Notes under the pieces: model-generated
Database searches by the model: none
What the model saw: the letters and a program-made list of their open reading frames with translations, nothing else
What the model was told of the DNA's origin: nothing
Translations under genes and position numbers: made by a program
Part shown: one piece after another, positions 1 through 14,661 of the stretch
How the letters are laid out: the number at the start of each line of letters is the position of its first letter
Position numbering within the stretch: position 1 is the stretch's first letter
NCBI GenBank assembly: GCA_963826785.1
Contig: CAWGYD010000006.1
Coordinates: 256,001 to 320,000 of the forward strand
Source of the DNA: an uncultured delta proteobacterium
GTDB lineage: Bacteria > Desulfobacterota > Desulfobacteria > Desulfobacterales > Desulfosalsimonadaceae
Direction: 5' to 3'
Length of the DNA: 64,000 bases

Positions 1-520
1 ATTTCCATCTGCTGAGGCGCCAGGCCGTTTACGAAATCTCAAAGCCCCTGGTGATTTTCACCCCCAAGAGTCTGCTGCGAAACCCCCTGGCAACATCCGG
101 TCTGGCGGACTTCACCCGGGAGAAGTTTTCACCGGTGATCGATGATCCGGCCCCGCCTGAAACCCCCCGAAAATGCGTGTTTGTTTCCGGCAAGCTCTAC
201 TACGACCTGATCAAGGCCGCAAACGATCAGAAAACCAAAAGAGCGGCGCTGGTGCGGGTGGAGCAGCTCTATCCCTTTCCGGAAAAAGAGATTTCGAAAA
301 TATTGAAAAAGTATACCGCCTGCAAAGAATTCATCTGGGCGCAGGAAGAGCCGGAAAACCAGGGTCCCTGGCGCTACATGGCAGCCATCGGTTCCAGCAG
401 GCGTTTTCCATGACGCCGGCATACGTCGGCCGGAATCCCGCGGCCAGCCCGGCCACGGGGTACCACCACGAATTCGTGCGGGAGCAGGAAGAGATCGTCG
501 GGAAGATAACGGGTAAATGA
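1..520 (+). CDS. sucA: 2-oxoglutarate dehydrogenase E1, C-terminal part (5' end outside window; apparent frameshift near 380)
   Basis: [38 protein letters not shown] and [10 protein letters not shown] motifs; the terminal [13 protein letters not shown] lies in another frame ending at 520; directly upstream of sucB. Confidence 0.93.
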
Positions 521-534
521 CACACGGAGGCGAT

Positions 535-1872
535 ATGACGATAGAAATCAAGATCCCCGAGGTGGGGGAATCGGTCCAGGAGGCCATCCTGGCCGAATGG
601 TACAAATCCGACGGGGATTACGTGGAAAAAGACGAGCCGGTATTTGTCCTGGAGACGGACAAGGTGACCCTGGAAGTGCCCGCAGAGGCCGCCGGCGTCC
701 TTCACATCCGGGTGGCGGCGGGCGAAACCGTATCCATCGGCCAGGTGGTGGGCGAAATCGATGCCGAAGCCGCCAAGGAAGAGGGCCAAAAAGCGCCCGA
801 AAAGGAAAAAGAGGCCGATAAGCCGGCGCCGGAACCGGAACCGGAACAGACCGGGGAAAAGCCCGCTGAAAAGAAACCGGAGACGGTAAGTAAAGAACCA
901 GCGCCGGCAAAACCCGAAGAAGGGCAAACAAAACCGGATGCGGAAAAGAAAGACCGAAAAACCGCCCCTGCGGAAAAGCCGCTTCTCTCCCCTTCCGTGC
1001 GCCGACTGGTGGCCGAGGAAAACCTGGATGTCGAAAAAATCAAGGGCACCGGTCCGGGAGGCCGCGTCACCAAAGGGGATGTGATCCTGCATCTCGAGTC
1101 CGGGGAGGGCGAAAAAAAATCCGCCCAAACCGGTCAACCCCCTTCGGAACCGGCTGCCAAGGCTGCACCCGAAGAAAAGACCACCCGCAAGGCCATGTCC
1201 CCCATCCGCAAGCGGATCGCCGCGCACCTGCTCGCCGCCCGCCAGAACACCGCCATGCTCACCACCTTCAACGATATCGACATGAGCGCCGTGATGGGCC
1301 TTCGCAAACGGTTCAAGGATGATTTTGACCAGCGCTACGGCGTCCGGCTGGGGTTCATGTCCTTTTTCATCAAGGCATCGGTCTCCGCCCTCAGGGAATT
1401 TCCCGAGGTGAACGCCTATCTCGAGGAAAACGAGATCGTCTACCACCATTATTATCATATCGGCGTGGCCATCGGTGCAGAGCGCGGCCTGGTGGTGCCG
1501 GTGATCCGGCATGCGGACGCCTTAAGCTTCGCCGATCTGGAAAAGGCGGTTTTAGAATATGCCGGAAAAGTCAAAAACAACACCTTGAAGCTTGAAGACC
1601 TGGAGGGGGGAACCTTTTCCATCACCAACGGCGGCGTCTACGGATCCCTGCTCTCCACCCCCATCCTCAACATGCCCCAAAGCGGCATCCTGGGCATGCA
1701 CCGCATCGAACAGCGGCCGGTGGCCTTCGACGGCCAGGTGGTGATCCGGCCCATGATGTATGTTGCGCTTTCCTATGACCACCGCATCGTGGACGGCAAG
1801 GATGCGGTCACCTTCCTGCGCCGCATCAAGGAGCTCATCGAAAACCCGGAACGGATGATGATGGAGATATGA
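535..1872 (+). CDS. sucB: Dihydrolipoamide succinyltransferase (ODH E2)
   Basis: Lipoyl domain [11 protein letters not shown]3-binding [12 protein letters not shown], catalytic [18 protein letters not shown] before ATG 535. Confidence 0.96.
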   Translation: MTIEIKIPEVGESVQEAILAEWYKSDGDYVEKDEPVFVLETDKVTLEVPAEAAGVLHIRVAAGETVSIGQVVGEIDAEAAKEEGQKAPEKEKEADKPAPEPEPEQTGEKPAEKKPETVSKEPAPAKPEEGQTKPDAEKKDRKTAPAEKPLLSPSVRRLVAEENLDVEKIKGTGPGGRVTKGDVILHLESGEGEKKSAQTGQPPSEPAAKAAPEEKTTRKAMSPIRKRIAAHLLAARQNTAMLTTFNDIDMSAVMGLRKRFKDDFDQRYGVRLGFMSFFIKASVSALREFPEVNAYLEENEIVYHHYYHIGVAIGAERGLVVPVIRHADALSFADLEKAVLEYAGKVKNNTLKLEDLEGGTFSITNGGVYGSLLSTPILNMPQSGILGMHRIEQRPVAFDGQVVIRPMMYVALSYDHRIVDGKDAVTFLRRIKELIENPERMMMEI

Positions 1873-3302
1873 ACATGGCACAACAGACCCGATACGACCT
1901 GATCATCATCGGCGCGGGCCCCGGCGGATATGTGGCCGCGGCCCGGGCCGGGATGCTTGGCATGAAGGTGGCCTGCGTGGACAAAGAAGAGCGGCTGGGG
2001 GGCGTGTGCCTGAGGATCGGCTGCATCCCCAGCAAGGCCCTGCTCGATTCCAGTGAATACTATGCCCTTTCCCAGAATGCCTTTGCGGAGCACGGCATCA
2101 CCGCAAAAAATGTAAAAATCGATCTTAAACAGATGATGGCCCGCAAGGACGACGTGGTCAAGGTGCTCACGGACAATGTGGCCAAACTGCTGGAAGGCAA
2201 CAAGGTGACCATTCTTCGGGGGACGGCCCGGCTGCTGGATGCAAACCGGGTGGAGATTTCGCCGGCCGACGGGTCCGGCAAAAAGGGCAAAAAACTCGAG
2301 ATCGCCGCAGACCATATCCTGCTGGCCACGGGCAGTGAACCGGTCGAACTCAAAGGGCTTTCCTTCGACGGAAAAAACATCGTGACCTCCACCGAAGCGC
2401 TCTCCTTTACTGAAATCCCGAAACATCTGGTGGTGGTGGGCGGCGGCTATATCGGACTGGAACTGGGATCGGTGTGGTCGCGGCTGGGATCGAAAGTCAC
2501 CGTGCTGGAGATGACCGACCGCATCGCCGGGGTCACCGACGGCCAGATCAGCCGCACCCTGATGCGGGTGCTCAAAAAGCAGGGGCTTGACATCCAGGTA
2601 AACACCAAGGTGGTAAAAGCGGATGTGAAAAAAGGAAAGGTGTCGGTTTCCGTTTCCCGCAAGGACGGCAACGAAGAGACCATCGCGTGCGATAAAGTCC
2701 TGGTGGCGGTGGGCCGCCGGCCCATTACCGGGGGGCTGGGGCTGGAGAATGCGGGCATTTCGCCCGATGCCATGGGCGCCATACCCGTGGATGCCGCCTA
2801 CCGCACCCGCGCGTCATCCGTTTATGCCATCGGCGATCTCATCGCCGGCCCCATGCTGGCCCACAAGGCCTCGGCCGAGGGGATCGCGGCCGTGGAGAAC
2901 ATGGCGGGGAAGGCAGGGGAGGTCAATTATGACGCCATTCCATCCGTGATCTACACCTTCCCCGAGGTGGCCGCGGTGGGCCTGACGGAGGAGCAGTTAA
3001 AGGAAAGAGACATCCCCTACTGCAAGGGGACCTACCCGTTTTCCGGGGCCGGCCGGGCCCGGTGCATGGGGGAAACCGAAGGGCTGGTCAAGATCCTGTC
3101 CCACGAAAAGACCGACCGGATACTGGGGGTGCACATCATCGGCGCCCGGGCCTCGGACATGATCGCCGAAGCCACCCTGGCCATCGAGATGAACGCCTCG
3201 GCAGAAGACATCAGCCGCACCATCCACGGCCATCCCACCTTTGCCGAAGCCCTGCAGGAAGCGGCCAGCGTGGCCCGGGAATGTTCGATTTATTCTGGAT
3301 GA
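1869..3302 (+). CDS. lpdA: Dihydrolipoamide dehydrogenase (E3)
   Basis: GAGPGGY FAD motif, [13 protein letters not shown] redox disulfide, HGHPTFAE; overlaps sucB stop. Confidence 0.96.
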   Translation: MNMAQQTRYDLIIIGAGPGGYVAAARAGMLGMKVACVDKEERLGGVCLRIGCIPSKALLDSSEYYALSQNAFAEHGITAKNVKIDLKQMMARKDDVVKVLTDNVAKLLEGNKVTILRGTARLLDANRVEISPADGSGKKGKKLEIAADHILLATGSEPVELKGLSFDGKNIVTSTEALSFTEIPKHLVVVGGGYIGLELGSVWSRLGSKVTVLEMTDRIAGVTDGQISRTLMRVLKKQGLDIQVNTKVVKADVKKGKVSVSVSRKDGNEETIACDKVLVAVGRRPITGGLGLENAGISPDAMGAIPVDAAYRTRASSVYAIGDLIAGPMLAHKASAEGIAAVENMAGKAGEVNYDAIPSVIYTFPEVAAVGLTEEQLKERDIPYCKGTYPFSGAGRARCMGETEGLVKILSHEKTDRILGVHIIGARASDMIAEATLAIEMNASAEDISRTIHGHPTFAEALQEAASVARECSIYSG

Positions 3303-3342
3303 AGGAACAATGCGGGCTTGCGCCTGCTTAAATCCCTTCAGC

Positions 3343-4536
3343 CTATTTTCCTTCGGCCTGTCTTTTCTCCATGGGCACGAATGCGCACTCCTCCGGGCCG
3401 CAGTATTCTCCCACGTAATCGGATGAGGGGCGGTAGAGAACCGGTTTTCCAGAGGCGCCGCCGAACTGCTCCTCCAGGACGTGGGCCGTCCACCCGGACA
3501 CCCGGGAAATGGCGAACACCGGGGTGAACAGATCGATGGGGATTCCCATCATGTAGTAGACCGCCGCGCTGTAGAAATCGACATTGGAGTAGATTTCCAG
3601 ACCCTTTTTCTCCTTGAAGGCGCGGGTCGCCTTCTTCTCCAATTCGATGGTCATGTCGTACCACTTGGTGTCGTGGTTCCGCTCCCCCAGCTTCCGGGAG
3701 ATTTTTGCCAGGATTTTGCCCCTCGGATCGCCGGTCTTGTATATGGCATGCCCCAGCCCCATGATCTTGCCCCCCTTTTCCAGGGTGCGGTCGATGTAAT
3801 TATCGATCTGGTCCAGTGATCCGATGTTGAGCAGCATCTGCATGACCCGCTCATTGGCGCCGCCGTGCAGTTCTCCGGAGAGCGACCCCACGGCTGCGGA
3901 AATGGCCGCATAGATGTTCGCCCGGGTGGAAGCCACTTCCCTGGCCGCAAAAGTGGAGGCATTGAATGAATGCTCCGCGTGCAGGACCAGGCAGGTGTCG
4001 AACCAGCGGGCGACTTCTTCGTCGGGCGTCTCCCCGGTGAGCATGTACAGGAAATTGGCGGCATGGGAAAGATTTGAGTCCGGCGCAACCGGTTCAAGGT
4101 TGTTCCGGATCCGGTGCCACGCCGCAACCACACTGGGAAACCGGGCGATCAGCCGCAGGCCGATATCCAGCACGTTCTGCTGCTCCAGTTCGGCGGCATT
4201 GGGATCATGATTGGCCAGCATGGCCGCCGAGGCTTGAAGGATCACCATGGGCAGGGACTCACGCGGCTGGGTTTTGAGCGCATCGATCAGGTCCGGGGGC
4301 AGCTCCCGTTCGGCTTTCATGCGCCGGTCCAGTACCTGCAATTCATCTTTTGCGGGCAGCTTTTCAAACAGCAGCAGGTGGACGATTTCCTCAAAAGTGG
4401 TGTTTTCGGCCAGGTCGTTGATCAAAAATCCGCGATAGATCAGCTTTCCCGCCTGGCCGTCCACGTGGCTGATCCGGGTGGTGGCCACGGTCACTCCCCT
4501 TAATCCGGTATTTACGATTTTGCTGCTTTCCGCCAT
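3343..4536 (-). CDS. gltA: Citrate synthase (short Si-type; citrate/2-methylcitrate synthase family)
   Basis: HAEHSFNASTF, LHGGANE, GLGHAIYK, DPR and NVDFY motifs. Confidence 0.9.
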   Translation of the reverse strand: MAESSKIVNTGLRGVTVATTRISHVDGQAGKLIYRGFLINDLAENTTFEEIVHLLLFEKLPAKDELQVLDRRMKAERELPPDLIDALKTQPRESLPMVILQASAAMLANHDPNAAELEQQNVLDIGLRLIARFPSVVAAWHRIRNNLEPVAPDSNLSHAANFLYMLTGETPDEEVARWFDTCLVLHAEHSFNASTFAAREVASTRANIYAAISAAVGSLSGELHGGANERVMQMLLNIGSLDQIDNYIDRTLEKGGKIMGLGHAIYKTGDPRGKILAKISRKLGERNHDTKWYDMTIELEKKATRAFKEKKGLEIYSNVDFYSAAVYYMMGIPIDLFTPVFAISRVSGWTAHVLEEQFGGASGKPVLYRPSSDYVGEYCGPEECAFVPMEKRQAEGK

Positions 4537-4582
4537 TTCTCATCTCCTAATCGTTTTATGTCTGAATCCCAATCCGCACGAA

Positions 4583-5977
<1,395 letters not shown>

Positions 5978-6253
5978 CTCGGACCTCCACTGTTTTCCAC
6001 TGTTTGTTCAATCCACCTTCGCAGCACCTGATAATATAAATTATGGGACTTGTGTCCCGGTTTGTCCACCCCGCCGCGCTTTGCCCGTGTATGGCATCAT
6101 CCGCTTGTGCATTTTGCCGCCCCGCCGGTTTGGGTTGATCTATTCAAACGAAATGCATAAACTAATCCCGTTTGATCATTGTTCATGGAATCATTATGAT
6201 ATTCCTAATATAGCTCATTTTGACGCAACATCAAGACAAGAAAGGGAATACCA

Positions 6254-9023
<2,770 letters not shown>

Positions 9024-9042
9024 AGGGAGTCAGGCTGAGTAT

Positions 9043-9238
9043 ACTGAGGCGACCTGCCTGCGGGTTTCTCCCGCTCACTGTTCATTATTTTGATGCTTCT
9101 AAGGCTTGCTCCGCTGCATCCTGGAAACTCGCCTGTCGGCTCAGACAATCCAGGATGCGGTCGCTGTGCTTCGCCAAGAAGCATTTTCAAAATAATGAAG
9201 CAATGTTCGCCGAGAGAAACCCGCAGACAGGTCTCAGT
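9043..9238. repeat. ~200-bp long imperfect inverted repeat (MITE/REP-like hairpin) after acnA
   Basis: Nested arms: GACCTGCCTGCGGGTTTCTC/GAGAAACCCGCAGACAGGTC, TTCATTATTTTGA/TCAAAATAATGAA, ATGCTTCT/AGAAGCAT, GCATCCTGGA/TCCAGGATGC. Confidence 0.85.
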
Positions 9239-9279
9239 GCCCGTGCAAACCAATTCAACTCAGAAACCCAATGCTTGGA

Positions 9280-10537
9280 CCGGACTCCTGACGGACGCGT
9301 GGACATGGGTCTGGGGAGCGAATTGTATATTTTTGCCCTCATCGCCGGGGACGTGCGATCCTCAATTTCCACGAATGAATTCAACTGATCGGCTGCCCTG
9401 GCCGGCAAAAAGATTCTGAGCGGACCAGATTCATGTCCATGCGCCCCGTCAGCCACGGCAAAGCAAAAGATCAAAAATCCTTCAAGGAACTTGCTTCTGG
9501 AAAGGTGTTGTTTTTTTTGCAATGACCGGTTGAACACCCCCCTGGCCCCCCTCGAGGGGGGATTTAAAAGGGGAAGCACCGGCGGCATTCGCGGCATTCA
9601 TTAGGTTAGGCGTCGCAAGTTCCTTGAGGCAAAACACCGCGGCAGGGTGGAGGGCTTTCAAGAAGCTCAGGAGCCCTCCTGCTCATGATATTTCGTAAGC
9701 CGGGCTCCTGGCGGGCGCGTGGATATGGGTCTGGGGAGCGAATTGTATATTTTTGCCCTCATCGCCGGGGACGTGCGATCCTCAATTTCCTGTCACGGGT
9801 GAATCCAACTGGCCGGCTGCCCTGACCGGCAAAAAGATTCTGAGCGGACCAGATTCATGTCCATGCGCCCCGTCAGCCACGGCAAAGCAAAAGATCAAAA
9901 ATTCTTCAAGGAAGTTGCTTCTGGAAAGGTGTTGTTTTTTTTTGCAATGGCCAGGCTGAACACCCCCCTGGCCCCCCTCGAGGGGGGATTTAAAAGGGGA
10001 AGCACCGGCGGCATTCGCGGCATTCATCAGGTTAGGCGTCGCAAGTTCCTTGAGGCAAAACACCGCGCAGCGGGATGGAGGGCTTTCAAGAAGCTCAGGA
10101 GTCCTCCTGCTCATGATATTTCGTAAGCCGGGCTCCTGGCGGGCGCGTGGATATGGGTCTGGGGAGCGAATTGTATATTTTTGCCCTCATCGCCGGGGAC
10201 GTGCGATCCTCAATTTCCTGTCCGGGTGAATCCAACTGGCCGGCTGCCCTGGCCGGCAAAAAGATTCTGAGCGGACCAGATTCATGTCCATGTGCCCGTC
10301 AGCCACGGCAAAGCAAAAAATCCTTCAAGGAACTTGCTTCTGGAAAGGTGTTGTTTTTTTTTGCAATGACCGGTTCAACACCCCCCTGGCCCCCCTCGAG
10401 GGGGGATTTAAAAGGGGAGTAGGTGGCATTGCGGCATTCATCAGTTAGGCGTCGCAAGTTCCTTGCTGCAAAACACCGCGCAGCAGGAGTGGAGGTGCTT
10501 TCAAGAAGCTCAGGAGTCCTCCTTCTCGTGATACTTC
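9280..10537. repeat. Three tandem ~420-428-bp near-identical non-coding units (starts ~9280, 9700, 10128)
   Basis: GGGTCTGGGGAGCGAATTGTATATTTTTGCCCTCATCGCCGGGGACGTGCGATCCTCAATTTCC recurs three times; each unit has the palindrome CCCCCCTCGAGGGGGG; the last unit runs into the sdhB 3' end. Confidence 0.95.
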
Positions 10538-11232
10538 TCGATCCGGCGCTTGGTTTCGTTGATCAGCTTGGTCACCTTGATGCTTCTCGGGCAGGCTTTT
10601 GTGCACTCGAAAAAATTCTGGCAGGGCCATACCCCATTTTCTTCGTCCAATTCCGGCAGGCGGGCCTCAAATCCCCGGTCACGGCTGTCCTTGTTGAACC
10701 GGCTGGCCTGGACGATCACGCCGGGGCCTAAGAATTTTGGATTTTCGCCCATGACCGGACAGGCGGACATGCAGGCGGCGCATAGGATGCAATTGGTGGG
10801 GTCATCGAATGCTTTTCGCTGCTCGGGGGACTGGATCCGTTCTTTTTCCGGAGGCGGTTCGTCGTTGATCAGAAAGGGCTTTACCGAGCGGTATTTGTCC
10901 AGAAACGAATCCTGGTCTACGATCAGGTCCCGCATCACTGTAAAATGGCGCATGGGCTCAATGGTGATCACATCCCCGTCGGCTTCGGCCACGTCCTTGA
11001 CCAGGGTCTTGCAGGCCAGGCGGTCATGGCCGTTGATGCGCATGGCATCGGACCCGCAGACCCCGTGGGCGCAGCTTTTACGAAAATTCAGAGTTCCGTC
11101 CTCATCCCGTTTGATACGCATCAACACGTCTAAAACCCGGTCGGTCGGGTCGGCCGAGACTTCATAGTTTTGAAAATGGGCGGAAGCCTCGGTTTTAGGA
11201 TTGTAGCGCTGTATTTTAACTGTAATGTCCAT
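10510..11232 (-). CDS. sdhB: Succinate dehydrogenase/fumarate reductase iron-sulfur subunit
   Basis: RKSCAHGVCGSD 2Fe-2S, CILCAACMSACP 4Fe-4S, CQNFFECTKACP 3Fe-4S motifs. Confidence 0.95.
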   Translation of the reverse strand: MDITVKIQRYNPKTEASAHFQNYEVSADPTDRVLDVLMRIKRDEDGTLNFRKSCAHGVCGSDAMRINGHDRLACKTLVKDVAEADGDVITIEPMRHFTVMRDLIVDQDSFLDKYRSVKPFLINDEPPPEKERIQSPEQRKAFDDPTNCILCAACMSACPVMGENPKFLGPGVIVQASRFNKDSRDRGFEARLPELDEENGVWPCQNFFECTKACPRSIKVTKLINETKRRIEKYHEKEDS

Positions 11233-11353
11233 GCCTGCTCCTGATAATTTTTCGGCAAAATGGGTTGTTCTCCGCTTTTTCCTGACCCTGATCCTGCTCC
11301 AAACGCTTAAAAGCGGCGTTTAAGATCAAATCAGCCGCATGGCCAGATCTGCT

Positions 11354-13090
11354 TTAATACACCCGGGGCCGGGGTTCCCACCGGGAAAGATTCACATCCA
11401 GGTATTCGATGCGCACCCCATCGTTTTCCAGAAACGCCAGGGTATGCTTGAGCCATTTTTCATCATTTCGGTCCGGAAAATCCGTCCGGGAATGAGCGCC
11501 CCGGCTTTCGGTGCGGTTTCTTGCCGATACTGCGGTGATCAGCGACAAATCCAGCAGGTTTCCCAGTTCCAGAAGTTCCAGCAGATCGGAATTAAACGCA
11601 TTGCCGGTATCCCGGGCCCGGGCGGCCTTGTGCTGCTCCCGGAGCCCTGAAAGACGCTTTACGGCCCCGGCCATTTTCTCCTCGTTTCGGTATACCCCCA
11701 CGTTTGCCGTCATCTGGGCTTCCATTTCCGCCCGGATGTGTCCGTTTTCCGGTCTTTCGTTCCCTGCGGACATGGCGGCGATCTTTTCCCGGACGGGATC
11801 GGCCGCCGCCTCCGGAACACGGGGACGGTCCGAGCCTTTCACGTAGTCGGCGATATGAATGCCCGCCCGTCGTCCGAACACCACCAGGTCCAGCAGGCTG
11901 TTGGTTCCCAGGCGGTTGGCGCCATGGACCGATACGCAGGCGCATTCCCCGGCCGCATACAGCCCTGCCACCATGTTGCCGGACGCGTCGGCCCGGACCC
12001 GGCCGTTGATATCCGTCGGAATGCCGCCCATGGCATAATGGGCCGTGGGATGCACGGGGATGGGTTTTTCCGCCGGATCGACATCCAGGTAATTTTTGCA
12101 GAATCCGGTGATATCCGGAAGCTTGGCCGCCAACGTCTCTTTTCCGATTCCCGTAGCGTCCAGGTACAGGTAATCGTTCATCTGCCGGTCCCCCCGGATG
12201 CCTCTGCCTTCCAGAATTTCCGTCATCATGGCCCTGGACACCATGTCCCGGGGGGCCAGATCGAGCAGGGTGGGGGCGTATTCTTCCATGAACCGTTTGC
12301 CGTCCCGGTTGCGCAGGATTCCGCCTTCGCCCCGGACCGCCTCGGAAATGAGGATGCCCATGTCCCGGATGCCGGTGGGGTGAAACTGGAAAAATTCCAT
12401 ATCCTCCAGGGGAATCCCCCGCCGGGCCAGGATGGCCGGGCCATCGCCGGTGCTGGCATACGCGTTGGAAGTGACCTTGAACATGCGGCCGAACCCGCCG
12501 GTGGCAAAAAGGACCGCTTTGGCGGCAAACACATGGATGTCACCGGTGGCAAACTCGAGTGCCACCACTCCGGAGCATCGATGATCCTCGACAAGGATAT
12601 CTAAGATCTGATACTCGTCAAAGAAGGTGACATCGTTTTTGATGCACTGCTGATAGAGGGTCTGCAGGATCATGTGCCCGGTCCGGTCGGCCGCATAGCA
12701 GGCCCTTTTCACCGCCTTCTCCCCGAAATTGGAGGTATGCCCGCCGAACCGGCGCTGATCGATGCGTCCTTCAGGGGTACGGTTAAAAGGCAGGCCCCGG
12801 TTTTCCAGGTCGTATACCGCCCGGACCGCATCTTCGGCAAGGATCAGGGCCGCATGCTGATCCACCAGATAGTCGCCCCCCTTGACCGTATCAAAGGCAT
12901 GCCATTCCGGGCGATCCTCTTCCACGTTCCCCAGGGCGGCGCTGATACCCCCCTGGGCGGCCCCCGTGTGGCTCCGCACCGCATACACTTTTGAAAGTAC
13001 GGCAGTTTTAGCACGATGACTGGCTTCCAGGGCCGCATACAGCCCTGCCCCGCCCGAGCCGATGACAACCACATCAAATTCATGGATCAT
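11354..13090 (-). CDS. sdhA: Succinate dehydrogenase/fumarate reductase flavoprotein
   Basis: GSGGAG, covalent-FAD RSHTGAAQGG, FQFHPTG, EAVRGEGG, LAPRD, HYAMGG, HGANRLGTNSL, ESRGAH. Confidence 0.96.
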   Translation of the reverse strand: MIHEFDVVVIGSGGAGLYAALEASHRAKTAVLSKVYAVRSHTGAAQGGISAALGNVEEDRPEWHAFDTVKGGDYLVDQHAALILAEDAVRAVYDLENRGLPFNRTPEGRIDQRRFGGHTSNFGEKAVKRACYAADRTGHMILQTLYQQCIKNDVTFFDEYQILDILVEDHRCSGVVALEFATGDIHVFAAKAVLFATGGFGRMFKVTSNAYASTGDGPAILARRGIPLEDMEFFQFHPTGIRDMGILISEAVRGEGGILRNRDGKRFMEEYAPTLLDLAPRDMVSRAMMTEILEGRGIRGDRQMNDYLYLDATGIGKETLAAKLPDITGFCKNYLDVDPAEKPIPVHPTAHYAMGGIPTDINGRVRADASGNMVAGLYAAGECACVSVHGANRLGTNSLLDLVVFGRRAGIHIADYVKGSDRPRVPEAAADPVREKIAAMSAGNERPENGHIRAEMEAQMTANVGVYRNEEKMAGAVKRLSGLREQHKAARARDTGNAFNSDLLELLELGNLLDLSLITAVSARNRTESRGAHSRTDFPDRNDEKWLKHTLAFLENDGVRIEYLDVNLSRWEPRPRVY

Positions 13091-13281
13091 GTACATCTCC
13101 CTTAAGCAAATGCGTTTAAATACACTTCATACGAAAATGATAATCCGCGGATAAGGATCTGTCGAATCGATCCCTCTGTTCGGGCACGACTTCTAATTTG
13201 ACGAATTATCTGATAATCATCATATTATTGATAAATGGCCGAAGTGGATTTCTTTACCTTCAAAACAACGAGCGAGGGATG

Positions 13282-14376
13282 ATGAGCCATCATATTACGC
13301 TGATCCCGGGTGACGGGGTCGGACCGGAAATCTCCGACGTGGCGAAGCGCTGCGTTTCTGCGCTGGGCGTCGATATTCAATGGGATGTGCAGACCGCCGG
13401 CGCCGCGGTAATCGATAAAGAGAACACCCCGCTTCCGGAACGCGTGCTCGATTCCATCCGCACAAACCGGGTGGCCTTGAAAGGTCCCATCGAAACCCCC
13501 ATCGGAACCGGGTTTCGAAGCATCAACGTGCAGCTTCGCCAGATACTGGACCTGTTCGCCTGCGTCCGGCCATGCCGCTTTTATAAAGGGGTCCGCACCC
13601 GCATCACCGATCCGGAGCGCATCGATCTGGTGATTATCCGCGAAAACACCGAGGATCTCTATGCGGGTATCGAGTTCATGGAAAAATGCGGGGAGGACAA
13701 CGAACTCATCTCCTTTATCAACAAGCAGGCCGGAGTGGACCTGCACTGCGACACCGGCATCAGCATCAAGCCCATATCGCGGCGGGGTTCGACACGGATT
13801 GTCACCTTTGCCTTTGAATACGCGAAAAAGCACGGCCGCAAAAAAATCACCGCAGTGGACAAGGCCAATATCATGAAGGTCAGTGACGGGCTGTTTATGA
13901 ACGTGGCACTGGAAGTCAGCCGGAAATACCCGGACATCGCCTATGACCACAAGCTGGTGGACAACATGTGCATGCAGCTGGTGCAGTACCCGGAAAAATA
14001 TGACGTGCTGGTGCTGCCCAATCTATACGGGGATATCATTTCCGACCTGGGCGCCGGCATTACCGGCGGACTGGGGATCGCCCCCGGGGCCAATATGGGG
14101 GATGACTACGCGGTGTTCGAAGCCACCCACGGCAGCGCCCCGGACATTGCCGGGCAGAACAAGGTGAACCCCACGGGCCTTCTGCTGTCCACCGTCATGA
14201 TGTTGAGATACATCGGAGAAACCAAAGCCGCCGACCGTCTTGAACAGGCGGTCGCCACGGTGATCGGGGAAGGCAGAAATGTCACCTGGGACCTGAAAAG
14301 CAAAGATGCCCCGGATCCGCCGGTGGGCACTAAAGAAATGGGGGAGGCGATTGTGGAGAGGATTGAAAGCCTTTAG
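13282..14376 (+). CDS. icd: Isocitrate/isopropylmalate dehydrogenase family, probable isocitrate dehydrogenase
   Basis: LIPGDGVGPEI, RSINVQLRQ, RENTEDLY, KANIMK, NLYGDIISD, EATHGSAP; TCA-cluster context. Confidence 0.85.
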   Translation: MSHHITLIPGDGVGPEISDVAKRCVSALGVDIQWDVQTAGAAVIDKENTPLPERVLDSIRTNRVALKGPIETPIGTGFRSINVQLRQILDLFACVRPCRFYKGVRTRITDPERIDLVIIRENTEDLYAGIEFMEKCGEDNELISFINKQAGVDLHCDTGISIKPISRRGSTRIVTFAFEYAKKHGRKKITAVDKANIMKVSDGLFMNVALEVSRKYPDIAYDHKLVDNMCMQLVQYPEKYDVLVLPNLYGDIISDLGAGITGGLGIAPGANMGDDYAVFEATHGSAPDIAGQNKVNPTGLLLSTVMMLRYIGETKAADRLEQAVATVIGEGRNVTWDLKSKDAPDPPVGTKEMGEAIVERIESL

Positions 14377-14642
14377 CCATAGTCACTTTTGTATCCCGTC
14401 CCTCCCTTGGGCCAGGAAAAGATCACCGCTCCGGCATCGCACACGTACCAGCAGGACGCACATTCCATGCAGGTGGCCAGCGTCCGGATGGCGGCTTTCT
14501 GGTTCACCAGGTGCCAGCAGTCGCCCAGGCAGGCATTGACGCAGTTTGCGCACCCGGTGCATTTTTCCCGGTCCACCCGGATGAACTCGCCGGTGTCGCC
14601 GGACCATTTTACCCCGGGAAAATCGTTTCGGGTCAGGTTCAT
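14373..14642 (-). CDS. 2x[4Fe-4S] ferredoxin (FixX-like)
   Basis: CTGCANCVNAC and CMECASCWYVC; C-terminal WPKGGTG typical of FixX; follows the FixC-like gene. Confidence 0.85.
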   Translation of the reverse strand: MNLTRNDFPGVKWSGDTGEFIRVDREKCTGCANCVNACLGDCWHLVNQKAAIRTLATCMECASCWYVCDAGAVIFSWPKGGTGYKSDYG

Positions 14643-14661
14643 CGATCAATTCCTCCTGAAA

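Noticed and set aside
829..848. CCGGAA tandem repeat in sucB
   Set aside because: It encodes the ordinary Pro/Glu-rich E2 linker
331..1512. Long antisense ORFs (also 30898-32070, 51525-52742, 11738-12604)
   Set aside because: They are shadows of well-supported GC-rich genes on the opposite strand
6130..6235. FNR-like boxes between fumC and acnA
   Set aside because: TTGAT/TTGAC..ATCAA half-sites have the wrong spacing
9280..10537. CRISPR array, or protein-coding ORFs in the tandem repeats
   Set aside because: Units are ~425 bp with no unique spacers and no cas genes; ORFs differ between copies because of indels
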